The notes under the pieces: model-generated | What the model was told of the DNA's origin: nothing | The model's database searches: none | What the model saw: only the letters and a program-made list of their open reading frames with translations | From: Callorhinchus milii | Taxonomy: Eukaryota | Direction of reading: 5' to 3' | DNA length: 64,000 nt | Assembly (NCBI RefSeq): GCF_018977255.1 | Contig: NW_024704743.1 | Location: 75,890,001-75,954,000 of the forward strand | Program-made: the position numbers and the translations under genes | Shown: piece by piece, positions 24,676-38,339 of the stretch | Position numbering within the stretch: the first letter of the stretch is position 1 | Layout: every line of letters starts with the position of its first letter

Positions 24676-27600
24676 ATTTGTAAAATCGTGTACTTCATGA
24701 TCAAAAGTAGTCTATAGTTATCATTGGGTCAAAACCCACCTGACTTCAGCACAACAATTGGGTTTGAAGCTGGTTTGAAATTGCAGACTGTCACCCTCTT
24801 TGTTTTCACCGATGGTGAAACAGGCACCATTGTTGCCAGTTGTGGATATAGCGTTTCAGTGCTGCTTCACAAGATTCTGGCTTTTGACCATATTTTGGTG
24901 GCTAAGATAATTCTCCACACATTTTCCCCCAGTCTACAGTTTTGCTGATTTTCCCCATACATTCAAGATAGACATCTGGCTCTTGACTATACATCTGTAC
25001 CACCCCCAATACACATCCAATACATATCTAATAGCTAATATATACTAACCTGCACTGTAACCAAAATGACTCCAAGGTGAAGAGGTGGCAGCTTTTATTC
25101 ATGAAATACATGGAAGTCAGCAACAACCCTATACCAATTACCTGAGCAGATGTCGCAGATAGATGCAGTTACTACCAAAAGAAAAATGAAAACTTTAATC
25201 TGGGTTCTATTGTAATTAAGCATGTTTATACTACATATTTTATTCATGGATAAGCCCAGCACATTGTAGGTAATGCGGTCATCAGTTTAAACCCCATCAG
25301 CATTGTATCCCAGTATAAAATGAATGATTCATTGCAAAAGTTATGCTTTACACAGATAGTGTCAAACTAAATGTGATCCCAGAGCTTCTTTGCTAGTATT
25401 TAGTTTCTCTAAACAATATTGACATCTGTCCAAATAGCCCGAATACATCACAGTCTCAACATCGATGATGTGCACTTTGTGCAGTCAAGCTTACCACAAT
25501 TTGCATAGCTGAGGCAGCAATTAGATTCCTCTCAGAATTACAATTGTAAACAGGACGTTCAGGTTCAACACCTAAACTAGATCAGTTACCCTCTGTGCCA
25601 GTGTAATTGTAGCTTAACACTAGTAGAAATTAAGTACACAGTACTAGTGGAATTTGTTGTTAAAATAGTTACTATTTTGGACTCTTTATGCAGCATTTTG
25701 TAACAAGAAAGCACACTGGGAGATCGCTGTGCTGATTTCCAGTTTCCAGTTGAAATTATGGAATTGGCTTGAAAAAAAACTGGAATAAAATACAGTAATA
25801 AAGGCCATTTTGTTTTCCGACTTTTCTCCGACTTCTCTTTGGCTGAGGTACAGCCCAAAAGCCAGCCACATTTGTAGCATGATTTTTTTTTAAAAAAACA
25901 TACTTTTTAAGTGAATTTCAGCCACAAAACAGCAGCTGTATAGACTTCTGGTTTCTGAGTGTCATGTTTTCGACTCCAATGCATCATTTGATCTCCCAGT
26001 GTTGCCCAAATCAGTTTATCACCTTGAAGTGATAAGTGTAGGTGAAACCTCTTTTGAATTTTTCTTCCACATTAATGCACAGCAGCAGACTTTTGGTGGC
26101 AAAGTACCACTGTCAAAACTGGTTGTAAAGCTCTTATTCTTGTCTCAGAATATTAATGGTCAGAGTCAATATTCCAGTTCCAGTCTAACATTTCTCCAGG
26201 CTCGTGCGTCACCAAATCTGTTCCAGCTCACTGGATCTTGCAAATTATCCAATGAATTATTCCATTAGATCTTGAGAAATGCTAAACAAATAATCTGATG
26301 ACACATTTTGCTGTTTGTTTTGGAGAGTTCCAGCTCTAAAATCATACTTGCTGAATGAACGGCATAATGAGTGGTAGAGTGTTTATGTTTACATTCTTAT
26401 AATCCTTGTGTTTGATAAAACAGCTTACCACATCATCAAAATTGTTTCAAAGTGCTCCACAGGATTTTATTGCTAACTGTAGTGACTGCATTTTTGTAAC
26501 AAAGCAGTCAAATTCTGCACAGTAATGTCCCAACAGCCATAAAGTGAATGGCCAATTTTATCCAATTGTCCTCTGGCCAAGATACTGGAAGAAACCCCTT
26601 TCTTTTTTTCAAATTGTACCTTGGGATCTTTAGCATCCACCTAAACTGAGGTCCTGTCTGCCTGTTCATGTGGATGATGAAGATGCCGTGGCACAATTCA
26701 ACAAGAAAACAGAATTTTTCCTGTTTTCCTGGCCAACAATTCACCAGATAAAAATGATCATTCACTTCATGGTTGTTTGTAGGATATCACTGTATACAAA
26801 TTGACAATTACAGTTACCTACAAAACACAGTCCCTGCACTTCACCATAAAACTTCACACTTTGAGACGTCTCGATAAAATGATAAGACGCCATAGAAAAT
26901 ACAAGGATTATTATTATAGACTAAGGATCAAAATGAAAGATTCTGTTGGCTATGTTAAAATCTAAGGCAATATTGAATCAGTTTTGGAAGGTCTTGAGGG
27001 AATAATCACTCTCAAGAAGTCAGGAGTTTTCATTTCAAACCTGCCATTAAGCAATCGCATTTTCTATCCTTGTGATAATTATAACATGATGTGCCGCCTT
27101 GTCCTCCTCTTCCCACCTATTTGATAATTATCACATTGAATCTGTTATCAAATATCACATTATTTATGTCCTGGATTTAATTTTTTTAAATAATTACAGC
27201 TCCTACGAATGTACATTGAGAACAAAAGTGCAATCACTTGTCTCATGGTCACGGGATAATACAGTGCGTAATCTGTACACGACCCTTGGCAATGTTGTAC
27301 AAAAAGAAGACTTTTTGGGAGTCACATGATACTGTATAATTTTCTACACAAGTGAGGCTGAGCAGATAACACCAAATGACAAAGCCAAGTCAGGATTACA
27401 GTCAGCCTTTCATGTACCCAACACATCACATTATTATTATTAATACATGGCTGCCCATGAAGCAACCTATTTATAAAACTCGTCCTAAGCTTTCGGCACA
27501 AAAATAAATGGATTTAAATGAGCATTTTCTGTGTTTTGTTTGGCTCATCAGCAGTTTGAAGGTACCATGTGGAGCACATTGGCAGCACGTTGGTAATATA

Positions 27601-30600
27601 ATATTTAAATAATTTTACATTTATATTGCATCGGGCGGACAGATCTTTGGTTTAATGTCTCATCTGGAAGGACGGCCCTGCAACATTGCAACACATCCAG
27701 CGCTGTACTGGAATGTCAGCCTAGATGATGTGAGTTCAAAGTGGGGCTTGAACCCACAACCTTCTGATTCAGAGATGACCTTAGGTGACTTGTCAGATCT
27801 CTGATTGGTCAGCTATTCTCTTTGTTTTAGGCAGAGTACCACTTCCAGACTTATAATAATATTATATTTGATAAAGTGCCTCATCACATCATCGAGACGG
27901 ATCAAAGCATTTTGCAGGATTTACTGTAAAGTCTAATTGTGAGTTTTGTAGGCAAACATGGCAGCCAATTTAGCAGGCAGATTAAAAGAACCTGAGAAAA
28001 ACAGTTTCAAAATTAAGACTCTATTCAAGAATTGTCCAAATTGCTATAAATTGTTAAGAAAACTGTCTAATTTTTCCAGTAGAAATTTTCTGCCCTACAG
28101 CATTTTATCCAAAGTGTGTGGGAATATATATATAATATACATAAAATGCACCATATGCTGTTGCCTTTTCAAGCAGTTTCACTGATTACTCCTCATGTCA
28201 ATGCATTCAAACATACAGAGTGTGTCACAGAGTATGTATATATGTGTATTGTAACCCAAACAAAGTGCACATTATAACCCCATCATGTTATTGGAAAAAT
28301 ATAAATTCATTATTAATATTGACCACACAAAATGATGGTGCAGAATAAGGCTTTTTTTTACATTTACAGGCTATTATGTACTCAGGATTTCAAGGCTACC
28401 TGACTAGCACGTATTGAATGTTGGTTGGCTTTGTTCAATGTTATTGCAATATCCAAGGATCAAAACGCTCTTAAACACAATGTACTCAATCTGTGAAGCC
28501 TATCTTAAATTGCTTTCATAGAAGTCCACTGAATGACAATTTTGCTTTGTAGCCCTGTGTACAATTAATTTACTTAATTTTTTTCTTTCGCAACCTTGAG
28601 AGTTCATAACTAATTTTAACCTTTTTACAGCACATCTTGCAGATCTGTAGAAGTTTTTCAATTGATTTCTTAAGAGGAAAGATGTTCAAGGGTTTCCATG
28701 GAAATGTGATGAAACTACAGGGTTCAATGTAGTACTTTAACAATTTAAAAGACTTCCATTAAATAGTCATATTTGCTCGATATTTTTCTTAACAGGATTT
28801 ATAAGGTAAACACAAAAGTCTGATTAATAACAAAATGTTGCTTTATTACTCTGAGTTCTTATTTAACACGTAGTTTTAAATTTGACTTGAATGTTGTGAT
28901 CAAGCTCTGAATCTATGCACTTGATCACAAGAGAGGGTTAAATGAAGAAGGCTTTTTGACCCAGTTGATCTCATCCCTTAGAATACGCACCGCACGTCCT
29001 TCCATCACCACACAATGCTGTTTCTAAAATGAGTCCAGCATCCTCTATCATCCTTCCTGGTAATTTGTTTCTGCCCTATTTACTCACTATACAAAGAAAT
29101 ATTCCCTGGTGTCATTTTCAAAATTTTCCTTAACAACTCTGAACAACCCTTGTGTCCTCATGCCTTGGTGTTTGAGTGTTTACTTTCTCTAATTCCATTT
29201 AGTTCCCATTTTATATCTAATCAAACGCCCAAATTAGTGACTATCCTCCTTGGGAGAAGGTAAGCGTGGTTTTCTTGGAGATGGGGTGGCTCCAAGGTGA
29301 CATGCTTGGCAACAGAATGAATTCAATTCTCTGTGGCGGTCTTGGTAGTCCGCTTCCTAAGCCAGGTGAATTTGCAGGGTACAGATCACTGCTGATGATT
29401 TCAACTCTCTCTCACATGCTGCAGAACTGTGAGGCTGATGTTCATCAATTTTATAGTATATAAGGGAATTGAAGTACCAAATAAATAAAAAGACATCTTA
29501 TTGCTCAGCTAACTTTCTAAAATATGGGGCAATTTTTTTCTTAATTAGTTTTTCCCACAAAATACATCACTGCTTTTATTGTTGTTGCTTTCAAGCCCAC
29601 TCCATGTGCAGCAGAATGTTTCTGGTGTCAATATTATCCTCCCACAGAAAGTTCTCTAATTTTTGCAGCCCCACTTTCTCTGCCGTTTCTTCTTCCTTTG
29701 TTGACATACCTTCCTGGTTTGTCTGTGCTTATTTCTTCCTGCTGATTCTATTATCTAAATTTGCAGTACCCTCTCTCATTCAATCCCTAACACTTTTCTC
29801 CTGTCTGATTAGCCCTGCAAGCCGTCCCAAACGGATAAGGTGGTCCTAGCTGGACAAACAGCAGGAAGCTTGCAATGTCAAGCTGTGTAGTTTCAGCTGG
29901 TTGAACTCCAGGAGTACCCACCACTGTGGGGTCCCCAAGCCTTTGGTCTTGTCTAATACTCTCTGGGATTGGGTGTGTCCCTGCCAGAGAGAGCCTGGTA
30001 TGCATCAAATAGGTTAGTGCCAGTGGTGGCATCAAATACGTTAGATAACCACTTGGATCCAAAGTAACAGCCAATACAATTAATTGGCAGGAGCATAGGA
30101 GTTTGGCTGTTAAATTCAATGCATTAGCATTGTTCTCTTGTCCTCACCTTTCTGGAAGAGAACCACATGGGTATGAAAATACAGCAGTAGCTTCTTGGGG
30201 ACTGGAATAGTAGGAGGAACAGTTGAAATGACATTTTACCATTTTTCTTGCTGTTAGCAGAACCCTCACCTATACCGCTAAATGTGAGAACCCCATTTAC
30301 AATGTATTATCTACTATATTCTATTGTGTGGTCCCATTGCCTCCTGGTTGCTGTCCTCTCATCAAAGGAAGAAAAAAATGCATCTTTCTAACTGTTCACT
30401 CCCTCACTTGTTGCAAAAATCTTACCCTTGTTACCCATCAGCTTCATCATTCCCTCCCACCAACACTGTAAATTGAGTTAATTTTGTGTAAAATATTTCA
30501 TGTATTGCACACACCTCAGTACCAACCCCAATATTAATTATGGGTGAAAGTACTGCATCTTTTTTGTCTGACAATTTAAAGAGTCTGTTTTAGGTGTCTT

Positions 30601-30724
30601 ACAATTCAAAGAAATTTGCTGATTTTAGTAAGTCCACACTGTATATAGTGGCCAGTACTAGTGAGTGCTGCTCCTGGTCTGGCCTGACATCCCAATAGCA
30701 AAGTGCTAAGTATAAAAGTTCTAC

Positions 30725-31235
30725 ATATCCCATCTATACTTAGGAATTCCAGAGATATTTATTGGAATGGAGTGTACACTCTCTCCCTGGAGGGCTGTAT
30801 CCTGGTTACCTCATTCAGAATGTATTAGGCGCAGATACTGAGAGCCTAGGATTGGGGACCCAGAGTGTGTGTTGGGGTATTGCTGGAGTCTGACAAGCTA
30901 AAACCACATAGCTTGCCATTGAATCCACAGTCTGTCATGTTTTCCCACTACTTGTCCAGCTAGGACCACTCTACCCATTAGGGCTTTGACTTGCAGGGTT
31001 AACAGGAGCCGAGTGGGAAGAACCCTGCCCCGAGTGACTGGTTCGCCCTTCCAAGTTCTGCCAATGAGCCAGGCTGGCTGTGCTGTCATCAGCAGTGGCC
31101 TGGAATACTGTGGACCTGCCCGGCTCAGGAACTAGAGACCACCACAGAGGGCTGGGCTGGCTTGATTCCAACGTTCCATTGCCAGGCATGTCACCTTGGA
31201 ACCAGTTCAGCTTCAAGGAGTCCCTGCTTACTCTT
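30725..31235. repeat. Unclassified ~500-bp dispersed repeat family, longest copy
   Basis: Homologous to 21473-21810, 42405-42830, 47085-47345 and 48735-49150; inverted at 29240-29380, 29800-30000, 46230-46520 and 57015-57252. Confidence 0.8.
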
Positions 31236-32122
31236 AACTTTGTGGATATCAGAACTGCCTATAAAATACAATCACTATACTTTACAGTAAATCCTGTGAA
31301 GTGCTTCATGATATCTCACCAACCTGATAAGGTGCTATATCGAATGCAAGAGTTAATTATAACTGAGTGGAGCTGCAGAAGGTCAGTCACGACCAATCCT
31401 GGCTGTAAATCCTATACAATTTACATGCTAATTTTCTATTTCTCTCCCTCTCCAAAAAAGGAAATTGTCCAAAACAAAAGTTTTGTTGAACAAAATGAAT
31501 GTTCTTTTAATCCTTTTTTTATTTCAACAATTTTTTAAAATTAAAATTGTAAAACAAAATGAAAAATCTCATTCTTTGTGGTTCCCCTCACAGCACTCTT
31601 CCTGTCAATGAGGGTGGCAGTACAGCCTGTCTCTAAACCAATGCTAATCCTTCAAATCACAATTTAGTTGTGAACAGGTGGCACAACAATGAACCAGGCA
31701 GTCTCTCCAGCCTTACTTCCCTTTGGGGCTACACCTCTCAGTATTCTGGTTGGAACTTGTAAATTCACCAGTAAAAAAATCCATCCACATCTCAATACTC
31801 TTGCCACAGCCAATTACAACATGAGATGCGGAGTCCTTGAGGTTGTGGTGCCACAGCTATTTTGTTCTGCCAAGTTTGAACCCCTCGAGGAGTAAGAAGG
31901 TTGGAAATATAGTAATGATAGATATTGGCAGTGGCACTGGAGCTGTGCTGAGAAGTGGGGAGGGTGGTGGGGGTGTTGCTGAGGATATAGGTGGTGAGAT
32001 CTCGTTGAAGCATTTATTATTACGGGATTGATCATTCAACACAAGCCTGAGGACTCTCATTGATACATTTGGCAGGAGCAGCTGTGGCACTTGCAACAGG
32101 AGAGGCAGGACTGGGATGACAA

Positions 32123-32350
32123 AATATAAACAGTGTTAGAGACTAAATCAGGAGTGACCAAGTATAGAGAGTGTTAGAGCCTAGACCAGGAGTGAACCAG
32201 TATAGACAGTGTTAGAGCCTAGGCCAGGAGTGAACCAGTATAGACAGTGTTAGATCCTGGATCAGGAGTGACACAGTATAGACAGTGTTAGAGACTAGAC
32301 CAGGACTGACACACAGTATAGACAGTGCTGGATAGGACCATGAGTGACAT
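32123..32350. repeat. Minisatellite, 6 copies of a ~38-bp unit (AGTATAGACAGTGTTAGAGCCTAGACCAGGAGTGAACC)
   Basis: Units start at 32123, 32161, 32199, 32237, 32275 and 32315; head-to-tail with no spacers. Confidence 0.9.
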
Positions 32351-32883
32351 AATAATAATAATAACCATTTATCATTTGCAATTCAGTTTCCCCTTCACAC
32401 TGAACAAATGTTGGCAAACAACAAGCTGAACTCTGGATGATTACCTACACAGTGTAACTAATTACACCCTGGAGCATATACAATTTCACACTGACCCCAA
32501 TTGGTAGCAACTGAATGTCAGACCTCCGGCAGAATTTGTATGGGAAGTAAACACACTTTACTTGTGTCCGACTGCCTTCTCTCAGTAGCTGAGATGAGTG
32601 ATTCGGTGAACTAGCCATTTATTCAAATAACCAGGAAAGATGAGTAGCTGACAAGCAGATTTTTTTGCACAAAATAATAGTCTAAGTGCTTCTACTCCAA
32701 TAAACTGATTGACAGAGATAAATGGTTTAAATAATTGCCTGTGTTTTGTTTATTAAAAAAACATGGGAAAAGGTGAGGTGACTTTATCCTCACCCTCACA
32801 TAGGTATGGTTCAGTTGACTAACAATCCTTTAGATGTTTAGAAAATAAATAGCTGGGTTGGTGTAATGGATTAGCACGCTGTG

Positions 32884-33100
32884 GGATCTAATTTGCAATA
32901 TTTCTTAATGGCCTTTCCTAACAAGAATTCTGTGTCATGCAAATGAGGATGTCGTTCAGTAACTGAAAGTACCTCACAACAACCCTTGGAAATTCCGCTC
33001 CAAAACAAATTGCTCTGGAGTAAAGTTCCCATGGGTCAACAGAAATTGTAAAAGGATTTCTTATCAAGGAATCTTATTAAGAAACACTATAAATTAGACT
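32884..33100. mobile_element. MITE-like element with ~45-bp imperfect terminal inverted repeats
   Basis: TCTAATTTGCAATATTTCTTAAT...AAGAATTC at the left end versus GATTTCTT...ATTAAGAAACACTATAAATTAGA at the right end. Confidence 0.6.
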
Positions 33101-34123
33101 GCATCTTTAAACTCTGGAACACAAGTTTAAACTTCACTACTCACCGAGTCCAACTGGGTGAAAGCCTTTTGGTATGCGATAAATTAAATGAGTTCCTTAT
33201 TCTACAGTTCACATGTTCCCATAACTTGATGCTATATTGGCAATGACACGCACAGAGGCAGCTGGTGTGGGTAATGGGAATGCTGCACTGATCCAGCTCT
33301 TCTAAGCTTGGTGGGTAAAACACATCTGGATCATTCAAACTAATGACCAAAAGTAGCACCCTTTGTCCTTGTTTATCATGTGAAACCTTACACAAGGCAG
33401 TGCTTGAAGTTGATGCTTGGAGTGCTAAATCACAGCTTATTTGATATGCTCTCTGGATGGCTAGACCAGAGAATGCAAGATGAATGTACAAGGAAAACAT
33501 TATTAAATTAATGCTTTTTTTTCTTAACTCCCAAAATTACAGTAGACATTTCAATTTGCATTAGTAATGTTTTAATGTAATTTCGACTCCAACAGTGGAA
33601 CTGATTTTTTTTTGTTCAAAGACCAATGCTGATCCCCACCCACATTAATCTGATGTTCATGCCATGTAATTTCCAAAGAACTGAAGCTGCAGCTCACTGG
33701 TGAAAAGATGCAATGGATTGTAAAATAATGAAGAAGGCAGGATTGTTAGCTAGGATTTCATTGCCCCCCCATCCTCACATACTCCTTTCAGGTCAGGTTC
33801 CAGACATTTCCTCAGAGGAAGGAAGGATCAGTACAGTTTTTGTTTCCCTGGAGAACGCTTGCCTATGCTCTGTTATGTCACTGGCAAAAAGAGGGAGCAG
33901 ATTGATTATCTGTGCTCTCAGCCAGGGAATGGTATAGAGTGTGAGGGAACTTAAAACAAGAAGGAAAATTGATGTTGAAATGGAGCCAAACCCTTGGAGA
34001 AAAAAAAGTTACATTTCTAAGTGACAAGGGAAATGAAAGTCAAAAAAAATCCATAGACAGTGCCTAGGAATGCTATATCCTGCAAGGGTAGTTAAATCAG
34101 CATTAGTGAACACTGTATCAGTC

Positions 34124-34335
34124 GTCTAATTTGCAATTATTTCTTAACAAAATTCCTTAATAAGAAATCCCATTAGATTTCTATCACTCCACTCTGGAAG
34201 CAGATTGCATAAAGCAGAATTTTTGTGAGTCAGAAATCCATTACCAAAGGGCATCCTTTTTTAGTGACTCAGATCCCTCAGTAAGTAATTCCTTTTCATT
34301 TAAACCTATTTAAGAAATACCACAAATTAGACTCC
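34124..34335. mobile_element. MITE-like element, same family as 32884-33100
   Basis: GTCTAATTTGCAATTATTTCTTAA...TTAAGAAATACCACAAATTAGAC inverted ends. Confidence 0.6.
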
Positions 34336-35249
34336 ATCCTCCAAACAGAACTGTGAAATCAGCAGATAGACATGTGAGTAATGAGGACTTACCTCGGAGA
34401 GGGAGCTTCATGATTCCTCACTTGTCGAGTTGCTGAAAGCAACCTTGCAATTAATGAGGAGATAGAGAAAATTGGAGAGAAAATTGCTTTGGGCTCTCTC
34501 ATACACTTCTGGGCAGCAAGGACCAGAGTCAGCACAAAGCCATTGACAACTTTCAGTCTCCCTTCCACTCTCCTGCTCAGTCAGCTGCAAAGGTCAATTT
34601 TTAAGGGAAGCATTTAATCCTGATCTGTTTCTTTCTGGTTATCCTGGGGAAGGGGGTTGGGGGGTTAATCAGAGTATGTCTGGGGCTGAATTTGCTCAAG
34701 ACCCTTCTCTTCGACCGTGCCTTTGGTCTCCCTCCCACCTCTCCACCTTCCCTCACCCCTACACCACTCTTCCCCCATGCTCGGGCCCCAACACCTAACT
34801 GTTCAGTGCTTTGGGACATCCTCCTAATGTGAAAGGCGCTCTATAAATATAAATATATATTTACGCTTATCTCAGACAGTATCAAACCCATTACAGAAGA
34901 AAAGACACAACATATTATTATCCTGTTGCAGAATGCAACAGACCTGGCTCCTTGCAACAGTGGGGGCTGCCTCTGCACACTCCACTTTGATGGAGGGACC
35001 AAGGCTTCCCCGTCTCGGGGTTCTGCCGCCCTTTGCAGGGTGCAGTTACAAATGGGGTCTTGTACACTCCTCCCTATCCCCACCTCTTAGTAGGGAGTGT
35101 GGACAGGTTCACAGCACGTAGGATGCACACTTGGGGTGTTGGTATATCTTTAACCATGTGAAATAAAGCCTTAAAGCATTTGGTGAGTCCAAAACTCAAC
35201 AGTGGGTCATACTACTGCAGTGAGCTGTGCAGTTACCATTAGCATTACC

Positions 35250-35456
35250 ATGTCTCCCGCCCGACCCGCCCTACCATCGGTGGCCGGGCTTTCAGCCTCT
35301 CTGCCCCCACACTCTGGAACTCCATCCCACAGTTCCTTCGCCTCGCTTCCTCCCTTGCCTCCTTCAAGGCCGGTTTCAAGACCCTTCTCTTCAGTGCTTT
35401 CGGACGTCCTCCCAACATGAAAGGCGCTCTATAAATGTAATGTTGTTGTTGTTGTA
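35250..35456 (+). mobile_element. L2 3' end
   Basis: ACCATCGGTGGCCGGGCTTTCAGC...CTCTGGAACTCC, hairpin and (TTG)n tail. Confidence 0.8.
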
Positions 35457-38194
35457 GCACAAACAGGGAACTTTGCACACCGAAGTGTCACACCAGGAAT
35501 CTGAAACCCCAAATTTCTATTGGTCTTAGAACTAAGATCATTGTCTTGAAATTTATGATTGTGCCAAATTTTAGAACATTCAGGCTTAATTTGAATGCTG
35601 CTTTTTCACAGTAGTTTTGGGGTACTATGGCCAGGGAGTTAAAATAACATCAGTAGAAATACTACCACTCACTCCTACTGTGTATGTGTTAATTCAGTTC
35701 CTTCACACTATTCAGCTGAGTAATTTCTCTAATGCACTACAAACCCATCTGGGCTTCATCTGCAGAAGGAAGGTAGTTTGAGGAATCCTCTTTCTGAGTC
35801 AATTACAGTCATTCACTTTCATGGCTATTGAGGGCACAGTGAAACGTGAGGAGACCAACAGCTTCCCCGATGTCCTGGTGGGATAACAGTGCAACTATAT
35901 GTCATGCAGTCTGAAGCTCTTAGGCTTGACCCAAGATCCATACTGAATAAGCTGATCTCAGCCATGACAGCAGTTTGAGCACAACAATTGTGGCATTTGA
36001 ACTCAAATCACATTTGAAGACATTCCTCTTCGACTGTGCCTTTGATCACCTCCCCTCCCTGTCCAGCTCAGCATGAAACCACACTGCTGTTAAGTGTTCT
36101 GAGATACCCACATGAAGGGAGTTATATAAATTGGTTAATAACCTTCAGGTATGAGATTAAAAAAATGTTTTGAAAAACTGCGTCTATGATTTACAAAAGC
36201 AATGAAAGATTTTCATAGTTAAAAATGTTAATTAAAGAATCTTCCTGTGTTTGCTAAAGTAAATGGTGCAAAAAGAACTTAAGACAATGAAATCCTTTGT
36301 ATGATCTCTCAATTCTGTGCTATCACTACCACGTGGCAGATTTGCATGGCAACACCAGGTCCCAGTGGGGTTTCCAGTTATTGCTCAGGAAATCATAGCA
36401 AAACCAAAAGAAAGTAATGATAAACATGTTAACTCATTCACCACTGGCAGATCATTGTGTTGCAGTGTAGACAGTGTACACGACTCAACTGTACAACAAT
36501 TTGTTTTTATATCATGCCCTTCACATAGAATAATACCTGGGGGCATGGAACAGTGATTTGGATACTGTGCAAGAAAGAAGAGCGAGGCGGAGGTGACTAT
36601 AGGTCGAACAGGTAGGTGTTCAGGTGGGATTTAATGATACATATCAAGGGATGAGGCAGTGGGATTGATGCAGAGAGTTCCAGAGATTAAGTGTATCGTG
36701 GCTGAAGGCACAATCACTTCTGGTGATGCCGAGGGTTTGGGGTACTCACAGTTGACCTGTGTTGGCTGAGCAAAGAGAATGGCCAGAGGAATGGGATATG
36801 AACAGATCAAAGAAGCAGGTAACTACCGCAAGGCAGAACTAGTAACTAGCAATTCTAACAATGAAAAACAAATAAAATTTACGATATTTCTAAATACTCA
36901 TCACAAATTTCACCCCAAAGCTCCATCACCCTACACCATTAAAATGCCATTCATTACCCCAAAAATACCCAACTCCTTTGAAGAGAAGTGAGACTTCAAT
37001 ATGATACAAGTTTAAGATGTTATTTGTAAGGAAGACTTTCACCAGTAGTTAGTTATACAGTCATCTCCACTCATGGGACAAATTCTTCACAAGTGTTCCT
37101 CACAAACTGTACAAGAGACATTCTGGCAACAGTAAAGGATCATCAAAAAATCTTCTAATTTTCTTCAGGAAAGCAAGATGATTCCTTAGTAATCGCTGAC
37201 CTGCAGATTATTTTCCCAGTTTAGTAAGTGCATCTATAAAGTTATTTGTAAATTTGTAAAATGGAAAATATTCTTGTTTTAATCGCAAAGCTTTTAAGGT
37301 GGCGGATACTTTCACTGCAATAGGTATCCCAGTGACATGGGAGATCAGTGCCTTAGATTATCATCTGAAAGAAGGCACGTCACTGTTTTGGTTTCCCTTA
37401 GTCAGTCTCAGCCTTTGGAGACACCACTTCTCCAACAACTTCCAACATCTCCAGATAAATAAATGTGTCCTGGCCACTACCTCTTTGTCTGGCAAAAATA
37501 CCTTGTTGCTATTTGCTTCAACCACAGCTTCCGACAGCGAGTTCTCGGAACTCACTGTACAGCTCCAGTACCCTGCCTCCAACCCAAAGACAAATTTTAT
37601 GTAATTACTAACCAAGGAGTTTGTCTTTGAGATCTGTGCTCACAATACAGAAATGTGCATGCAATTAATTGGGCTGCTCAGACAGTGCACACTGCTGTGG
37701 TAGCAAAACATCCACTGCAGAAACTATTTTTCTGTTCATTGGTTATTTGTTAGGCAGCTACAGATAAACAAGATCATTGCAATTTGAAATCCTAACAAAC
37801 AAGTTTATTCAGTATGACATTCGTCTGCAAGACATTGCACAGGCTGCCACTGTTTTAGTTATTGTTAAATACATTCAAATGATAAAAACTGATAACCATA
37901 ATAATTTATTGGCTCAATCCGACTGTTGTGCCACAGAGTTGGCAGGGAGCGAGATCTCGCCCACAATTCCTCACATGCTGAATTCTCCAATCTCTGCTGT
38001 GAGGTGAAGACACAGCACAACTGTCAAGGTAGAGAGAGAGACTTGGCAGATGTCACCAAAAATGGTCTTTCAGGTTAAGTTGAGGTGGGTTTGGAGCCTC
38101 AGGTGCTTAGAAATTGATAGACTTTCTATAGAACACAAAATACCAAATACATTTTGAAGTAGAAAGTTTCAGATAGAAATAGGAAGAGAGACTC

Positions 38195-38335
38195 CACTGA
38201 TGGCCACATGGGTAAAGGATTGGCTTGATGAAGCATTGGGCCATACAGAGCAGACTGTCAGAGGTTCAAATCCTAGTCTGTGCTCAGTTACATCATCTCA
38301 GTTGAGATAGCTGTTGGGGCAGCACTACTGACTTC
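38195..38335 (+). mobile_element. Ancient SINE remnant, AmnSINE2-like (related piece at ~35925-35995)
   Basis: GGTTCAAATCC B box followed by GTCTGTGCTCAGTT..ATCTCAG...GGGGCAGCACTAC; family name from recalled similarity only. Confidence 0.4.
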
Positions 38336-38339
38336 ATGC

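Noticed and set aside
28692..28705. X-box-like palindrome GTTTCCATGGAAAT
   Set aside because: Isolated motif deep in the intron with no supporting context.
32123..32350. Possible CRISPR array
   Set aside because: Contiguous tandem units with no unique spacers, no cas genes, and vertebrate context.
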